From the NCBI GenBank assembly GCA_965205855.1, contig OZ242184.1, positions 1,056,001 through 1,120,000 of the forward strand: a DNA stretch of 64,000 nucleotides, in the 5' to 3' direction. This document shows, piece by piece, positions 10,066 to 22,554 of this stretch. The notes beneath the pieces are model-generated. The model did not search any database, was not told the origin of the DNA, and saw nothing but the letters and a program-made list of their open reading frames with translations. The first letter of the stretch is position 1. Every line of letters starts with the position of its first letter. This DNA comes from Thermodesulfobacteriota bacterium (GTDB lineage Bacteria > Desulfobacterota_D > UBA1144 > Nemesobacterales > Mycalebacteriaceae). Made by a program: the position numbers and the translations under genes.

Positions 10066-10430
10066 ACCACCTCTGGTGCAAGGGAAATTATCTTCATAAA
10101 CCCCTTGAATCTCAGTTCTCTCGCTATCGGACCGAATACTCTGGTGCCTATCGGTTCCATATCTTTGTCTATAATAACCGCGGCGTTATCATCAAATCTC
10201 ACATAAGTTCCATCAGTCCTTCTGCTCCCTTTTCTCACGCGCACAACAACCGCTTTATAAACTTCGCCTTTGGACACTTTTGAGCTCGGCATCGCCTCTT
10301 TTACGGACACAACAATAACGTCTCCGAGGCGCGCAAATCTTCTTCTGGAACCGCCGAGAACTTTTATGCAGTAAAGCCTTTTTGCTCCGGTATTATCCGC
10401 TGATTCAAGATATGAGCTCGACTGAATCAC
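10062..10430 (-). CDS. rplN: 50S ribosomal protein L14
   Basis: ADNTGAK, FDDNAAV, GTRVFGP and SLAPEV motifs. Confidence 0.98.
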   Translation of the reverse strand: MIQSSSYLESADNTGAKRLYCIKVLGGSRRRFARLGDVIVVSVKEAMPSSKVSKGEVYKAVVVRVRKGSRRTDGTYVRFDDNAAVIIDKDMEPIGTRVFGPIARELRFKGFMKIISLAPEVV

Positions 10431-10723
10431 TGCTCCGCACCCAGCTCGCCAACGGAGCGTGATTTCTCAATTATTTTGCCGACACGCCACCTTTTCGTTT
10501 TGCTTATGGGTTTTGACTCATATATCAAAGTCTTGTCTCCGACTTCGCACTGGTTTTTGCTGTCGTGAACAATGTAACGCACTCTTTTCTTGATTGGCCT
10601 GTTGTAGACAAGGTGTTTTTTGATGATAAGCACATCCACAACAGCGGTTTTATCTACGCTATTTCTCACCACGGTTCCCACAAGCGAAGTCAGCCTGCCT
10701 CTTTTTCTGTCTTTTTTAATCAT
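10427..10723 (-). CDS. rpsQ: 30S ribosomal protein S17
   Basis: HD..N.C.VGD...[11 protein letters not shown]. Confidence 0.95.
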   Translation of the reverse strand: MIKKDRKRGRLTSLVGTVVRNSVDKTAVVDVLIIKKHLVYNRPIKKRVRYIVHDSKNQCEVGDKTLIYESKPISKTKRWRVGKIIEKSRSVGELGAEQ

Positions 10724-10946
10724 TTTCTTTCTTCACAGATTCCCTCTTTTTTTCTCTCTCAATTTCCAATCTCACGGTTTTAATTCTGGCAATATCCCTT
10801 CTCAGCAGTTTTATCCGCGCAAACGCGTTGTTCTGCTTTGTAAGAACCTGCATACGCAGATTAAAAAGGGAGACTACCAACTCACGCTCTTTTTTCTCAA
10901 GGTCGCCAACTGTCAGTTCTCTTAGTTTATACGGTTTTTCTGACAT
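10716..10946 (-). CDS. rpmC: 50S ribosomal protein L29
   Basis: LFNLRMQ...RRDIARIKT; conserved operon position. Confidence 0.95.
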   Translation of the reverse strand: MSEKPYKLRELTVGDLEKKERELVVSLFNLRMQVLTKQNNAFARIKLLRRDIARIKTVRLEIEREKKRESVKKEND

Positions 10947-11365
10947 TATAAAATATCCTCTCTCCGCTCAACGGTGCGTGTTTTGACCGGAAGTTTGTGA
11001 GACGCAAGTCTGAAGGCTTCCTTCGCAAGACTTGTGGTAACTCCGCTCAATTCGTAAAGCATCTGTCCGCGCTTGATGGGAGCCACATATTCGGACAGAT
11101 CACCTTTTCCTTTTCCCATCCTTGTCTCGGCGGGTTTTTTGGTAACGGGTTTGTCGGGGAAAACCCTTATCCACAGTTTCGCGCCCCTTTTGACATAGCG
11201 CGTTATTGCCACCCTAGCGGACTCTATCTGTCTTGAAGTAAGACGCCCGTTCTCGAGGGTCTGGAGACCAAACTGACCGAAGTCTATCTCGGTTCCCCTG
11301 GTAGCCGCGCCTCTTATGCGCCCTTTGTGCGCCTTGCGGTGTTTGGTTTTTCTGGGCTGAAGCAT
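10946..11365 (-). CDS. rplP: 50S ribosomal protein L16
   Basis: [11 protein letters not shown]...ETRMGKGKG. Confidence 0.98.
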   Translation of the reverse strand: MLQPRKTKHRKAHKGRIRGAATRGTEIDFGQFGLQTLENGRLTSRQIESARVAITRYVKRGAKLWIRVFPDKPVTKKPAETRMGKGKGDLSEYVAPIKRGQMLYELSGVTTSLAKEAFRLASHKLPVKTRTVERREDIL

Positions 11366-12021
11366 TATTTCTTTCCATCAACAGATTTTTTCTCTATGAT
11401 GTCTCCCTTAAATATCCAGGATTTAATTCCGATAATACCGTATTTGGTTTTTGCTTGGGCAAAACCGTAGCCAATGTCCGCTCTCAATTTTGCAAGCGGA
11501 ATGCTACCTTCTCTGTACCACTCTCTCCTAGCTATCTCGGCTCCGGCAAGCCTTCCGGACGCCATTATCTTAATTCCCAGAGCGCCAGTCCTCATCGCGG
11601 ATGTAATCGCCTGTTTCATTGCTCTTTTGTATGCAACTCTGCGCTCTATTTGCAAGGCCACATTCTCGGCGACCATCTGAGCGTCTATCTCGGAACGGCG
11701 CACCTCTTTGATGTCCACAACCATTTCCTTTCCGGTCCGGATCTGAAGCTCTTTTCTTATTCTTTCTATCTCCTGACCGTTGCGTCCTATGATAATCCCG
11801 GGCCTGAGTGCGTGTATGGCGACTTTGACCTTTTTTTGAATAACGCTCTCTATTTCAATTCTGGAGATACCCGCTTGGTAGAAATTTTTCCGTATATACC
11901 TTCTTATTCCGATATCTTCACCGAGCATATCGGTAAAAGAAGACTTCTCGGCGTACCACTTGGAGTCCCAGGTTTTTGTTATTCCTATTCTCAACCCTAT
12001 CGGATTTACTTTCTGACCCAT
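11365..12021 (-). CDS. rpsC: 30S ribosomal protein S3
   Basis: [13 protein letters not shown]...[10 protein letters not shown]. Confidence 0.98.
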   Translation of the reverse strand: MGQKVNPIGLRIGITKTWDSKWYAEKSSFTDMLGEDIGIRRYIRKNFYQAGISRIEIESVIQKKVKVAIHALRPGIIIGRNGQEIERIRKELQIRTGKEMVVDIKEVRRSEIDAQMVAENVALQIERRVAYKRAMKQAITSAMRTGALGIKIMASGRLAGAEIARREWYREGSIPLAKLRADIGYGFAQAKTKYGIIGIKSWIFKGDIIEKKSVDGKK

Positions 12022-12022
12022 A

Positions 12023-12361
12023 TTAAAGCCCCTTCCTTTCAAGCACTATTGTGACATGACTTGTCTTTTTCTTTATTTGAAAAGCCCTTCCCATGGCCCT
12101 CGGCTTGAACCTTTTAAGGACCGGCCCCTCATCGGCGTAAGCCTCTTTTACGTACAATTCCTCGGGTTCCGGATAACCTTTCTCCGAAGCGTTCGCAACC
12201 GCGGATTTGAGCAGATTTGCAAGAACGGGAGCCGATCTTTTACGTGTAAGAGATAGCACGGAAAAGGCCTCCTCAACATTCTTACCCCGTATAAGCGGCA
12301 GAACCAAACGGATTTTATCTGGAGACATTCTGTAGTATCTGAGAACGGACTTTGAAACCAT
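12023..12361 (-). CDS. rplV: 50S ribosomal protein L22
   Basis: LKSAVANA and [12 protein letters not shown] motifs. Confidence 0.97.
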   Translation of the reverse strand: MVSKSVLRYYRMSPDKIRLVLPLIRGKNVEEAFSVLSLTRKRSAPVLANLLKSAVANASEKGYPEPEELYVKEAYADEGPVLKRFKPRAMGRAFQIKKKTSHVTIVLERKGL

Positions 12362-12373
12362 CTAAAAATCCCC

Positions 12374-12661
12374 CTACCTACCCACCTTGGATTTTTTGTC
12401 GCCACCCGCATGTCCGTGAAAATTCCTTGTGGGCGAAAACTCTCCGAGTTTATGCCCTATCATATGTTCATTAACAGAGATGGGAATAAACCTTCTTCCA
12501 TTATGAACCGCTATTGTAAGACCTATCATATCCGGTATCACCATTGATGCTCGCGACCATGTTTTGATGTAAACATCGCCTTGCGGCCGCTTCCTTGCCT
12601 CTTGAATCTTTTTGAGAAGTTTCTGGTGAATATAGGGTTTTTTCTGTGATTTATTAGCCAA
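12374..12661 (-). CDS. rpsS: 30S ribosomal protein S19
   Basis: IKTWSR, VHNGR and [11 protein letters not shown] motifs. Confidence 0.97.
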   Translation of the reverse strand: MANKSQKKPYIHQKLLKKIQEARKRPQGDVYIKTWSRASMVIPDMIGLTIAVHNGRRFIPISVNEHMIGHKLGEFSPTRNFHGHAGGDKKSKVGR

Positions 12662-12672
12662 TTTTGTCCTCC

Positions 12673-13515
12673 CTAATCCATTCCGTATCCGACCCTTCTG
12701 GGTCTTACTATGTATTTGTCGGTTCTTTTGTTTTTCCTTGTTTTGTAACCTATGGTTATCCAGCCCCAGGGCGATACGGGATGCGGATTTCCCTTTGAGG
12801 CCTTGCCCTCTCCTCCGCCGTGCGGATGATCAACGGGATTCATGGCCACCCCGCGAACTGTCGGTCTGCGGCGTTTGTGCCTGTTTCTTCCCGCCTTACC
12901 CACGCTTACAAGCTCATGTTCGGAGTTTCCAACCTTTCCAACCGTTGCCATACACTCAAGACTCACCATTCTTATTTCCCCGGACGGGAGTTTTAAAAGC
13001 GCGCGGTCTTTCTCTTTGGCAGTTATCTGAACCGAACCTCCCGCCGAGCGGGCAATCTGGCCTCCTCCTCCGGGATGTAACTCAACATTATGAACAAAAA
13101 CACCCGTAGGAATATCCCTTAGTTTGAGCGCATTACCGACCGAGACTTCCGATTGTTCGCCGGAAACAACACTATCTCCCACTAACATGCCTTCGCATGC
13201 GATAATATATCTCTTTTCTCCGTCCGTATAGTGAAGAAGTGCTATCCTTGCCGACCTGTAGGGGTCGTATTCTATTGAAGCGACCTTTGCCGGTATTCCG
13301 ATTTTGTTCCTTTTGAAATCAACAATCCTGTAACGCCTTTTGTGCCCTCCACCCCGATGGTAGCTTGATATTCTTCCACCGCTTCCGCGCCCGGCTCTGT
13401 TTGGTATTGAAGAAACCAGCGCTTTGTGCGGGACGGACGAGGTAATTTCGGCAAAATCCTCACCGGTTCTGAAACGCGTTCCCGGAGATGTGGGGTTAAA
13501 CTTTCTTATTCCCAT
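12673..13515 (-). CDS. rplB: 50S ribosomal protein L2
   Basis: IEYDP.RSARIAL and [18 protein letters not shown] motifs. Confidence 0.98.
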   Translation of the reverse strand: MGIRKFNPTSPGTRFRTGEDFAEITSSVPHKALVSSIPNRAGRGSGGRISSYHRGGGHKRRYRIVDFKRNKIGIPAKVASIEYDPYRSARIALLHYTDGEKRYIIACEGMLVGDSVVSGEQSEVSVGNALKLRDIPTGVFVHNVELHPGGGGQIARSAGGSVQITAKEKDRALLKLPSGEIRMVSLECMATVGKVGNSEHELVSVGKAGRNRHKRRRPTVRGVAMNPVDHPHGGGEGKASKGNPHPVSPWGWITIGYKTRKNKRTDKYIVRPRRVGYGMD

Positions 13516-13799
13516 TATATTCCCTCAAATATTTCTATTTTGCCCTCAATCACATTCACATAGGCCTTTTTGAAACCGGATTTTCTCCCGGAAATACGAC
13601 CTCTTTTTACCGTTTTACCAGGCATTGTTAATGTCCTCACTTTACCTACTTTCACACCGAAAGCTTTTTCAACAGAGTCCTTTATTTGGTGTTTTTTCGA
13701 CTTCTCATCAACAGAAAACACATACCAACCCTTATCTCGCAAAGAGAAACTTTTTTCTGTCACAAGAGGAGACTTAAGAATTTTATGCGGACTGTTCAA
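13515..13799 (-). CDS. rplW: 50S ribosomal protein L23
   Basis: PLVTEKS...FGVKV...KKAYV. Confidence 0.96.
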   Translation of the reverse strand: MNSPHKILKSPLVTEKSFSLRDKGWYVFSVDEKSKKHQIKDSVEKAFGVKVGKVRTLTMPGKTVKRGRISGRKSGFKKAYVNVIEGKIEIFEGI

Positions 13800-14425
13800 T
13801 GTATAAGCCCCTCCTGCACCAACTTGACCGCTTCAACGGTTATTACAAGATTTTCAAAACCCAGTGTGTCGTAAACATTCACTCCCTTGTCGGAAACAAA
13901 TTTTACGGACGGAATGTTGTTTGCGGATTTTGCAAAATTCTCCCAGTCGCCACCCGGAACATCAACAAAGAGTACATCCTGAAACCCGAAGGCTCCGAGC
14001 ATTTTGTTAACCTGCTTTGTTTTAATCGCGGGAAGGGCAAGGTCGCGAACAACTGTTATAGCGCCGTCACGGAATCTTGCCGAAAGCGCGGACCTGAGCG
14101 CCTGTCTTCTAACCTTGCGGGGAGCCTTAAAAGACCAGTCTTTGGGCTTGGGACCGAATGCGACTCCTCCTTTTCTCCATATTGGAGACCTTATTGAACC
14201 GTGCCTTGCGCGGCCCGAGTGTTTTTGTTTCCAGGGCTTTGCCCCTCCGCCTCTGACTTCTCCGCGGGTTTTTGTAGAAGCGGTGCCGCTCCTTGCCGCA
14301 GCGAGTTGCCACTTCACAATAAACTGCATCAGGTCGTCCCTGACAGGGGCTTCAAACACCTCACCTTTCAGGTCAAGGGTGTCAACCTTGTTCGCACCCA
14401 TATCGTAAACTTCAACCTTCGGCAA
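13796..14425 (-). CDS. rplD: 50S ribosomal protein L4
   Basis: TKTRGEVRGGGAKPWKQKHSGRARHGSIRSP. Confidence 0.98.
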   Translation of the reverse strand: MPKVEVYDMGANKVDTLDLKGEVFEAPVRDDLMQFIVKWQLAAARSGTASTKTRGEVRGGGAKPWKQKHSGRARHGSIRSPIWRKGGVAFGPKPKDWSFKAPRKVRRQALRSALSARFRDGAITVVRDLALPAIKTKQVNKMLGAFGFQDVLFVDVPGGDWENFAKSANNIPSVKFVSDKGVNVYDTLGFENLVITVEAVKLVQEGLIH

Positions 14426-14426
14426 C

Positions 14427-15053
14427 CTAACCGCCTCCCTTCACAGAATGTCTTATAAATATTCCCGAACCTCTGCGCCCCGGAACGGAACCTTTTACGG
14501 CGACAAGATTTTTTTCAATATCAACGGAAACAACTCTCAATCCCTGGGATGTAACGCTTTTCCCTCCAGCTCTTCCCGCCATTTTAATTCCCTTCCATAC
14601 ACGCGCCGGATAAGAAGCCTGACCGATTGAGCCCGGCCTACGGTGAGCTTTTCCTCCATGCGAAGCCGGTTGCATGGCAAATCCGTGACGTTTTATTACA
14701 CCTGTAAAGCCCTTGCCTTTCCCCGTGCCAATCACATCCACTTTGTCACCCTCTTTGAAAAGGTCGGCGACAAAAACATCTCCCGGTTTAACCTCTTCAT
14801 CATCGCAACTAACCTCAACAATCCTCTTCATCGGAGGAAGTCCGGCCGGAGAGCAATGTCCTGTTTCCGCCTTGTTTGCGGAAAAATTTTCCTCATATCC
14901 AAGTTGAATCGCCGCATATCCGTCCTTCTCCTCGGTCTTTTTCTGAACCACATAGCACGGGCCAACCTCAAGAACGGTAACCGGTGTGAGCATCGAACCT
15001 TCCTGAAATACCTGAGTCATGGCAACCTTTTTTCCCAATAGTCCGCCTACCAT
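14427..15053 (-). CDS. rplC: 50S ribosomal protein L3
   Basis: GKKVAMTQ, KGKGFTGVIKRHGF and HRRPGSIG motifs. Confidence 0.98.
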   Translation of the reverse strand: MVGGLLGKKVAMTQVFQEGSMLTPVTVLEVGPCYVVQKKTEEKDGYAAIQLGYEENFSANKAETGHCSPAGLPPMKRIVEVSCDDEEVKPGDVFVADLFKEGDKVDVIGTGKGKGFTGVIKRHGFAMQPASHGGKAHRRPGSIGQASYPARVWKGIKMAGRAGGKSVTSQGLRVVSVDIEKNLVAVKGSVPGRRGSGIFIRHSVKGGG

Positions 15054-15067
15054 TTTATCGCCGCCCG

Positions 15068-15382
15068 TCATGTGAGTTTAATATCAACGTCAACCCCGGA
15101 AGCCAAATCCAGCTTCATAAGCTCGTCCACCGTCTGGTGAGTCGGTTCAAGTATGTAAACCAACCTCTTGTGAGTTCTAATTTCAAAATGCTCTCTTGAG
15201 TTTTTGTTCACATGTGGAGACCTGAGAACACAGAACCTGCGGATGCTAGTGGGCAATGGAAGAGGGCCGGAAATTCTGGCACCCGTTCTCTTTGCCGTAT
15301 CCGCTATCTCAAAGGTCGACTTGTCAAGAAGTCTGTGGTCGAATGACTTGAGTTTTATTCTTATTTTGGAAGCAACATTCAT
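15068..15382 (-). CDS. rpsJ: 30S ribosomal protein S10
   Basis: [10 protein letters not shown]...[14 protein letters not shown]. Confidence 0.98.
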   Translation of the reverse strand: MNVASKIRIKLKSFDHRLLDKSTFEIADTAKRTGARISGPLPLPTSIRRFCVLRSPHVNKNSREHFEIRTHKRLVYILEPTHQTVDELMKLDLASGVDVDIKLT

Positions 15383-15384
15383 TT

Positions 15385-16560
<1,176 letters not shown>

Positions 16561-16601
16561 CTGTCTCTACCTCCTGATTATTTTCAATCAATCTCTGCAA
16601 T

Positions 16602-18686
16602 TTAACCGGACTCCGCCATCTGTTTGAGCTCTTCCGCGATATTGGGAGGAAGAATCTCATAGCGGGCAAATTCCATTACGAAAGAACCCCTTCCCTCAGT
16701 CATTGACCTCAGGTTTGTAGCATATCCGAATACCTCACCGAGGGGAACATCAGATTTAACCGCCTGCATTCCGCCTCTCATTTCCGTGCTGACTATCCTG
16801 CCCCTTCTGGAATTCAAATCGCCTATCACATTGCCGGTAAAATCTTCCGGCGCAAGAACCTCAAGACTCATCACCGGCTCAAGAATGGAAGGGGAAGCTT
16901 TGGCAAAGGCGTCTTTGAAAGCCATTGAGCCCGCTATTTTGAAAGCGATTTCGGATGAATCAACTTCGTGAAAAGATCCATCGTAGAGAGTAACACGCAC
17001 ATCAACAACCGGATAACCGGAAATGACTCCGGTTTCCATCACTTCTTTCATACCCTTTTCCACGGCGGGGATATACTCTTTGGGTATCACTCCGCCTTTG
17101 ATTTTGTCAACAAACTCAAAACCCTCTCCTCTCTCCATGGGCTCCATGGTTATCTTTACATGCCCGTATTGTCCGCGTCCGCCCGTCTGTCTTATGAACT
17201 TGGCTTCCACATCGGAATTACCGACTATTGTTTCCCTGTAGGCAACCTGAGGCTTTCCGACATTCGCTTCCACATTGAATTCCCTTGAAAGCCTGTCAAC
17301 GATGACCTCAAGGTGAAGCTCACCCATTCCCGATATAACGGTTTGCCCCGTCTCCTCGTCTGTTTTAACCCTAAAGGAAGGGTCTTCAAGGGTAAGTCTT
17401 GAAAGGGAAATACCTAGTTTTTCCTGATCCGGTTTGGACTTCGGCTCAATCGCGATTGATATAACCGGGTCCGATATGTTCAAACTCTCAAGGATAACCG
17501 GGTTGTCCAAATCGCAAAGAGTATCGCCGGTTATCGAAGTTTTAAGCCCCACCGCCGCGACTATTCCTCCCGCTTCCACCTCTTTGGTTTCCTCTCTTTT
17601 GTTGGCATGCATTCTGACAAGCCGCCCTATTTTTTCTTTCTTGCCCTTTGTGGAATTGAGCACCATGCTGCCAGAAGTCAGTTTCCCCGAATAAACCCTT
17701 ATATATGTAAGCTGTCCGACAAAAGGGTCGTTCATAATCTTGAAAGCAAGTCCAGAGAAAGGCGCGTTCGGGTCGGACATTCTTGCGTCTTCCGAACCGT
17801 CGTCCTTTATACCGGCAATCGGAGGAAGATCAACCGGGGAAGGAAGATAATCAACCACGGCGTCAAGCAGAAGTTGAACCCCTTTGTTTTTGAAAGCCGA
17901 ACCGCAGAAAACAGGAATAATGTTCAGCCCTATGGTCTGCTCTCTTATAATTTTTTTAACAACCGACTCATCCACTTTCTCGTCGTTGAGATAAGCCTCC
18001 ATTACCGAGTCGTCAAAATCGGCGAGCACCTCGAGAAGCTGCTTTCTTCCGGTTTCAAACTGTTCAGCCGCATCTCCGGGTATATCCTTCAATTCAAATT
18101 TGGCTCCCAGAGATTCTCCGTCCCAGATAGCAAATTTGCAGGAAACAAGGTCTATTATTCCTTTAAAATCCTCTCCTTCGAACCATGGTATGTGCATATA
18201 AACCGGACGGGAATTGAGCCGGTCTTTAATCTGTTCGACAACTCTGAAGAAATCCGCTCCGATTCTGTCCATCTTGTTCACAAAACATATTCTTGGAACC
18301 CCGTAGCGGTCGGCCTGCCTCCAGACGGTTTCGGTCTGTGGCTCAACTCCCCCAACACAGTCAAAAACTACAACCGCGCCGTCGAGAACCTTCAGCGAGC
18401 GCTCAACCTCTATCGTAAAGTCAACATGCCCCGGAGTGTCAACAATGTTAATTCTGTTTTCGTTCCAGAAGCATGTTGTTGTCGCCGAGGTGATTGTTAT
18501 CCCGCGCTCTCTCTCCTGGTCCATCCAGTCCATTGTGGCGGTGCCTTCGTGAACCTCGCCTATCTTGTATGTAAGTCCTGTGTAAAAAAGTATGCGCTCG
18601 GTCGTTGTGGTCTTGCCAGCATCTATGTGCGCCACAATTCCTATGTTTCGCACTTTTTCAATGGGGACTTTGATTTCTTCTGCCAT
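16602..18686 (-). CDS. fusA: Elongation factor G
   Basis: [23 protein letters not shown] and GMGELHL motifs. Confidence 0.99.
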   Translation of the reverse strand: MAEEIKVPIEKVRNIGIVAHIDAGKTTTTERILFYTGLTYKIGEVHEGTATMDWMDQERERGITITSATTTCFWNENRINIVDTPGHVDFTIEVERSLKVLDGAVVVFDCVGGVEPQTETVWRQADRYGVPRICFVNKMDRIGADFFRVVEQIKDRLNSRPVYMHIPWFEGEDFKGIIDLVSCKFAIWDGESLGAKFELKDIPGDAAEQFETGRKQLLEVLADFDDSVMEAYLNDEKVDESVVKKIIREQTIGLNIIPVFCGSAFKNKGVQLLLDAVVDYLPSPVDLPPIAGIKDDGSEDARMSDPNAPFSGLAFKIMNDPFVGQLTYIRVYSGKLTSGSMVLNSTKGKKEKIGRLVRMHANKREETKEVEAGGIVAAVGLKTSITGDTLCDLDNPVILESLNISDPVISIAIEPKSKPDQEKLGISLSRLTLEDPSFRVKTDEETGQTVISGMGELHLEVIVDRLSREFNVEANVGKPQVAYRETIVGNSDVEAKFIRQTGGRGQYGHVKITMEPMERGEGFEFVDKIKGGVIPKEYIPAVEKGMKEVMETGVISGYPVVDVRVTLYDGSFHEVDSSEIAFKIAGSMAFKDAFAKASPSILEPVMSLEVLAPEDFTGNVIGDLNSRRGRIVSTEMRGGMQAVKSDVPLGEVFGYATNLRSMTEGRGSFVMEFARYEILPPNIAEELKQMAESG

Positions 18687-18698
18687 CAGTTTCCCCTT

Positions 18699-19172
18699 TT
18701 ACCATCTGTAATGAGCAAAAGCCCTGTTGGCTTCCGCCATTTTATGTGTGTCTTCCCTCTTCTTAATCGCGGTTCCGCGGTTCTGTGAGGCATCCAGTAT
18801 CTCTGCAACCAGTTTTTCACGCACTCCCGACTCGCTTCTTTTGCGGACTGCGTCGAGCAACCATCTGATGGCAAGATAATTCCTGCGAACCGGTTTCACT
18901 TCCATGGGTACCTGATAAGTCGCTCCGCCGACTCGCCTTGATCTGACCTCAAGGGACGGCTTGACATTGTCCATCGCCGCGAAGAAAACCTTTATGGGCT
19001 CTTTTGTTTTCGCCCTTTCGGAAATCAAATCAAGAGCATCGTAGAATATCCCCTCCGCCTTACTTTTCTTGCCGTCAAGCATAAGGGAGTTGATAAACTT
19101 CGCGACAAAAGCGTCTCCAAAGCGCGAATCCGGCTCAATTCTGAGCCTTTTTGATAAACTTTTTCTGGACAT
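18699..19172 (-). CDS. rpsG: 30S ribosomal protein S7
   Basis: [11 protein letters not shown] and [15 protein letters not shown] motifs. Confidence 0.98.
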   Translation of the reverse strand: MSRKSLSKRLRIEPDSRFGDAFVAKFINSLMLDGKKSKAEGIFYDALDLISERAKTKEPIKVFFAAMDNVKPSLEVRSRRVGGATYQVPMEVKPVRRNYLAIRWLLDAVRKRSESGVREKLVAEILDASQNRGTAIKKREDTHKMAEANRAFAHYRW

Positions 19173-19178
19173 CGTATT

Positions 19179-19550
19179 TTATTTGGGTTTTTTGCTACCG
19201 TATTTGGAGCGTCCTCTGCGCCTTTTTTCAACACCTGTGGAGTCAAGAGACCCTCTCACAATATGGTATCTGACACCCGGAAGATCCTTAACTCTGCCGC
19301 CTCTCACAAGAACAACGGAATGCTCCTGAAGGGCGTGCCCCTCTCCGGGAATATATGCCGTTACCTCAACCCCGTTTGTAAGTCGCACTCTGGCGACCTT
19401 TCTCATTGCGGAGTTGGGCTTTTTGGGAGTTGTCGTATAAACCCTTACGCAGACCCCTCTTTTCTGGGGGTTGCTCTGTAGCGCGGGCGAGCTGGTCTTG
19501 GCGACAATGCGCTTTCTGCCCTTTTTTACAAGCTGATTTACACTCGGCAT
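19179..19550 (-). CDS. rpsL: 30S ribosomal protein S12
   Basis: [11 protein letters not shown] and [12 protein letters not shown] motifs. Confidence 0.99.
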   Translation of the reverse strand: MPSVNQLVKKGRKRIVAKTSSPALQSNPQKRGVCVRVYTTTPKKPNSAMRKVARVRLTNGVEVTAYIPGEGHALQEHSVVLVRGGRVKDLPGVRYHIVRGSLDSTGVEKRRRGRSKYGSKKPK

Positions 19551-19589
19551 TTTCGTTCACACTTCCGTCTTAAAAAAGACAGACCGCTA

Positions 19590-19618
19590 CTTGTATCTGG
19601 CAACTGACAAGTTGTCAA
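19590..19618 (-). promoter_or_regulatory. Putative sigma70 promoter of the str/S10 supercluster
   Basis: Minus strand reads TTGACA-N17-TACAAG about 40 nt upstream of rpsL. The -10 is imperfect. Confidence 0.5.
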
Positions 19619-21870
19619 GAAATACGGGGGTTTTGGCGGAAGAAATCCTCCGTATCCCCGATTACTTTACTCATCCCGCCTTTTGCGACCCGACACTGCG
19701 GTATGGATTCAATAAACCGTTTTCCATACGGTTTTCTTACTATCCGGCTGTCCAAAACGGCAACCACTCCCGTATCAGCGACGGTTCGTATAAGCCTGCC
19801 GAACGCCTGCCGGAAGTGTATAACCGAAATCGGAACCGCGTATTCGCTGAAAGCGTCTTTTCCAATATTGCGTATCGCCTCCATTCTCGCTTGAAAAACC
19901 GGCTCTTTCGGAACATTGAACGGCAAACGGGTGATAGCAACCAGCCGCAAGGCGTCTCCGGCGATATCCACGCCTTCGCGGAAACTGTCCGTGCCGAAAA
20001 GAACCGCGTTTTGATCGTTCTTGAAGTCGGCAAGAAGTTTTTCCCTCGGCGCGTCCCCCTGCGTAAGAGACTTAATGCCGGTTTTTTCAAGCCTCGGAGC
20101 AAGAGACGAGCTCACTTTCTCCAGATCCTGATAGGATGTGAAAAGAACAAGCGCCCCGCCGCCGGAGACGCGTATAAAATCGAACACCGCACCCGAAAGT
20201 TTCCTGATATACGACTCCGTTGCGGAGGGTTCCTCAATATCGGTCGGTAGGACGAGAAGCGCCTGCCTACGGTAGTCAAAAGGCGAAGGAACGGCAAGCT
20301 CAGTGGTTCTTTCGCTTTCATCGAGTCCCAGAGAGCGTTTTTGAAACTGAAAACTGCCCCTTTCCCTCAAAGTTGCCGATGTCATTATCAAAGTTTTACA
20401 GTTGTCGTAAAGCCTCTCCTTCAATTCGGGAGCGATATCAATCGGTGATATGGAAACCGCGGCAAACTTTTTCCTTTTTGCTCCTCCAGCTTCAATACTT
20501 TTCACAAACTCCGCAGAACCCGTGTCGGAGAAACCGCGTATTGCGTCGCAGTGGCGTGCAAGGCTCGTAAAAACCGCCTTCAGGTCCGCTACTATGCCGA
20601 CTGTTCTCTCATCGCCTCTGGCCTCGGAAAGGATTGAGAGCCCCTCCCGCACGGAATTTGATAGGTTTGTAACACTCTCATTCATCTTAAGAGACAAAGA
20701 AGCGGATCTGCCCCACCGCTTGCCGGGCGCGATTTCAGTGTCCGTAACGCGAACACTCCGGCGGTAGGGAGCGCCTCTGTCTTCGGAGGATTCCATAAAG
20801 CCCACGTGCAGCGAATCAAAAAAGCTTCTGGAAGTCGTCTCCGCCTTTTTTATTCGCGGCAAAAAGACTTTCTCCATTGCGGAAAGCATTTTCACAACGG
20901 GGCTTTTTTCTTCTATACAATGCGTTTTCTTCACAATCCTTGCCGAGCGGGCAGCCGTGCGTTTCAAACGGTTCAAAGTTTTGAGAATTCCCCGGTTGGA
21001 AACCCTCAGAGTAAAATGCGAGGTTGCCGAATCCACTATGTTGTGTGCCTCGTCTATGACAATTCTGCGAACCGGCGGCAAAACCCCGATATCGCCCCTT
21101 CCCGCAGAGCGTTTTATGGAAATATCGGAAAAAAGAAGATGATGGTTGACTACTATCAAATTCGCCTTCGCGATTTTCCTTCTCGCTTTGAAGAAAAAAC
21201 ACTCGTTGTAATACGGACACTCCTTCCTTACGCAGCTTTCGCTTTCTGCGGCAAATTTGTCCCACTGCTGTTCGGAGGGCGTAAATCCCATATCGGATAA
21301 AGACCCGTTTTCGGTTGTCTGCACCCATTCAAGAATGTTTTGCGCCTCGCCCGCTCCGGCTTTTTCAGAAAGCAAACCCTCTCCGAGTTCACTTTTCACA
21401 TCTTGTGCCCGCAAGAGGCACAGGTAATTTCGCATTCCCTTTACAAGAGCATGTTTGACATTCTCCCCAAGAACTTCGCGCAACAAAGGAATATCCTTGC
21501 TGACAATTTGGTCTTGAAGGTTGATTGTGTTTGTGGAAATAACAACCCGTTCGCCGTTCAGAAGAGCCCACTTTGCCGAAGGAAGCAGATACGAAAGGGT
21601 TTTTCCTATTCCCGTTGGAGCCTCAAGGAGAGATATGGAGTCCGTGTTGAAAGCCGATGTAATCTCGCGCGTTACGGATTGCTGCTCTTTTCTGAACTCA
21701 TATCCTTCCCCAAACGCCTTTTCTACACCACCACCCGGAAGAAAATAAGACGCAATCTCATCGGGGTTCATAAACTTTTTTTCTTTGTCAATTAACGCAT
21801 CGGGATAGATCGCGCTTTCGGGCGTTTCCACGGCGGAGTTACCTTTTGCGTTATTTTGAAAATCAGCCAT
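19615..21870 (-). CDS. ATP-dependent DNA helicase, DinG/YoaA family (Fe-S type)
   Basis: EAPTGIGKT, DEAH, NYLC..C...CP...C, FREGVD and QAFGRLIR motifs. Start placed at 21870 (21771 is the alternative) because the longer ORF overlaps tRNA-Ser. Confidence 0.93.
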   Translation of the reverse strand: MADFQNNAKGNSAVETPESAIYPDALIDKEKKFMNPDEIASYFLPGGGVEKAFGEGYEFRKEQQSVTREITSAFNTDSISLLEAPTGIGKTLSYLLPSAKWALLNGERVVISTNTINLQDQIVSKDIPLLREVLGENVKHALVKGMRNYLCLLRAQDVKSELGEGLLSEKAGAGEAQNILEWVQTTENGSLSDMGFTPSEQQWDKFAAESESCVRKECPYYNECFFFKARRKIAKANLIVVNHHLLFSDISIKRSAGRGDIGVLPPVRRIVIDEAHNIVDSATSHFTLRVSNRGILKTLNRLKRTAARSARIVKKTHCIEEKSPVVKMLSAMEKVFLPRIKKAETTSRSFFDSLHVGFMESSEDRGAPYRRSVRVTDTEIAPGKRWGRSASLSLKMNESVTNLSNSVREGLSILSEARGDERTVGIVADLKAVFTSLARHCDAIRGFSDTGSAEFVKSIEAGGAKRKKFAAVSISPIDIAPELKERLYDNCKTLIMTSATLRERGSFQFQKRSLGLDESERTTELAVPSPFDYRRQALLVLPTDIEEPSATESYIRKLSGAVFDFIRVSGGGALVLFTSYQDLEKVSSSLAPRLEKTGIKSLTQGDAPREKLLADFKNDQNAVLFGTDSFREGVDIAGDALRLVAITRLPFNVPKEPVFQARMEAIRNIGKDAFSEYAVPISVIHFRQAFGRLIRTVADTGVVAVLDSRIVRKPYGKRFIESIPQCRVAKGGMSKVIGDTEDFFRQNPRIS

Positions 21871-21926
21871 CCATACAGGATAACAGCCATTTGCCCGGCT
21901 TGCTTGCCGTGTGTAACTTAACCACC

Positions 21927-22013
21927 GGAGGGATGGCCGAGCGGACGAAGGCGCTGGTCTCGAAAACCAGTGGGGCCTCACGGCTCTCAGGGGTTCGAAT
22001 CCCCTTCCCTCCG
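21927..22013 (+). tRNA. tRNA-Ser(CGA)
   Basis: GGAGGGA/TCCCTCC acceptor stem, CTGGT-CTCGAAA-ACCAG anticodon arm, long variable arm, GGTTCGAATCC T-loop. CCA is not encoded. Confidence 0.96.
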
Positions 22014-22225
22014 GTGAATAGAATTTTCCGCCCGCATGAGCTAATTGGTTTTTGCTCCGAGACGCAGGGGAAGGCAAATACGGGAAGAGGCAATGCTAAT
22101 ACACTTTAACCGTTTGGATATTCTCGAGTTTGATAAAAACAAGTTTACAGTAGCACATGGAACACTTGTAAAAATGCTATTGATATGGATAGTATAATTC
22201 CACCTTTTGGTAATCTGTAAATTCT

Positions 22226-22418
22226 ATGAAGTTTCTGTTTTTTAGACGAGTTGAAATACGATCAATCTGGCAAATCCAAAGCCTATGACTTAGTAGCACT
22301 TATGATTGGCACACAGCGCTACCTCTCTTTTAAAGAAGCATTTTCAAAAGAGTTGCAAGAAATTGGATGGGATAAAAACCATAAGTTTAAAGGCAAATCA
22401 ATGTTCTCCACAAAGTGA
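22226..22418 (+). pseudogene. Frameshifted, truncated remnant resembling a DUF3800-like protein N-terminus
   Basis: Removing one T from the T6 run gives MKFLFLDELKYDQ...YDLVALMI...KELQEIGWDKNHKFKGKSMFSTK*. The region is AT-rich and lies just after a tRNA. Confidence 0.4.
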
Positions 22419-22505
22419 GATTAAAATTTAATCAATTACAGAAAGGAAAAGAAAACAGAAGAGGTTAATTTCGGCATTGCATAAGGTAATTTATTTTTAA
22501 GCATT

Positions 22506-22539
22506 GTGACAAAAGTGTAATATAGAATTCTTTTGTCAC
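22506..22539. terminator. Inverted repeat downstream of rnr, possible terminator
   Basis: GTGACAAAAG-N14-CTTTTGTCAC. Confidence 0.4.
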
Positions 22540-22554
22540 CAGAAATCAGACCCC

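Noticed and set aside
17607-18788. 393-aa + strand ORF inside fusA
   Set aside because: Antisense to a conserved essential gene; no recognisable domain.
21871-22077. N-terminal extension of the DinG ORF (820-aa call)
   Set aside because: It is the antisense reading of tRNA-Ser, so the true start lies downstream.
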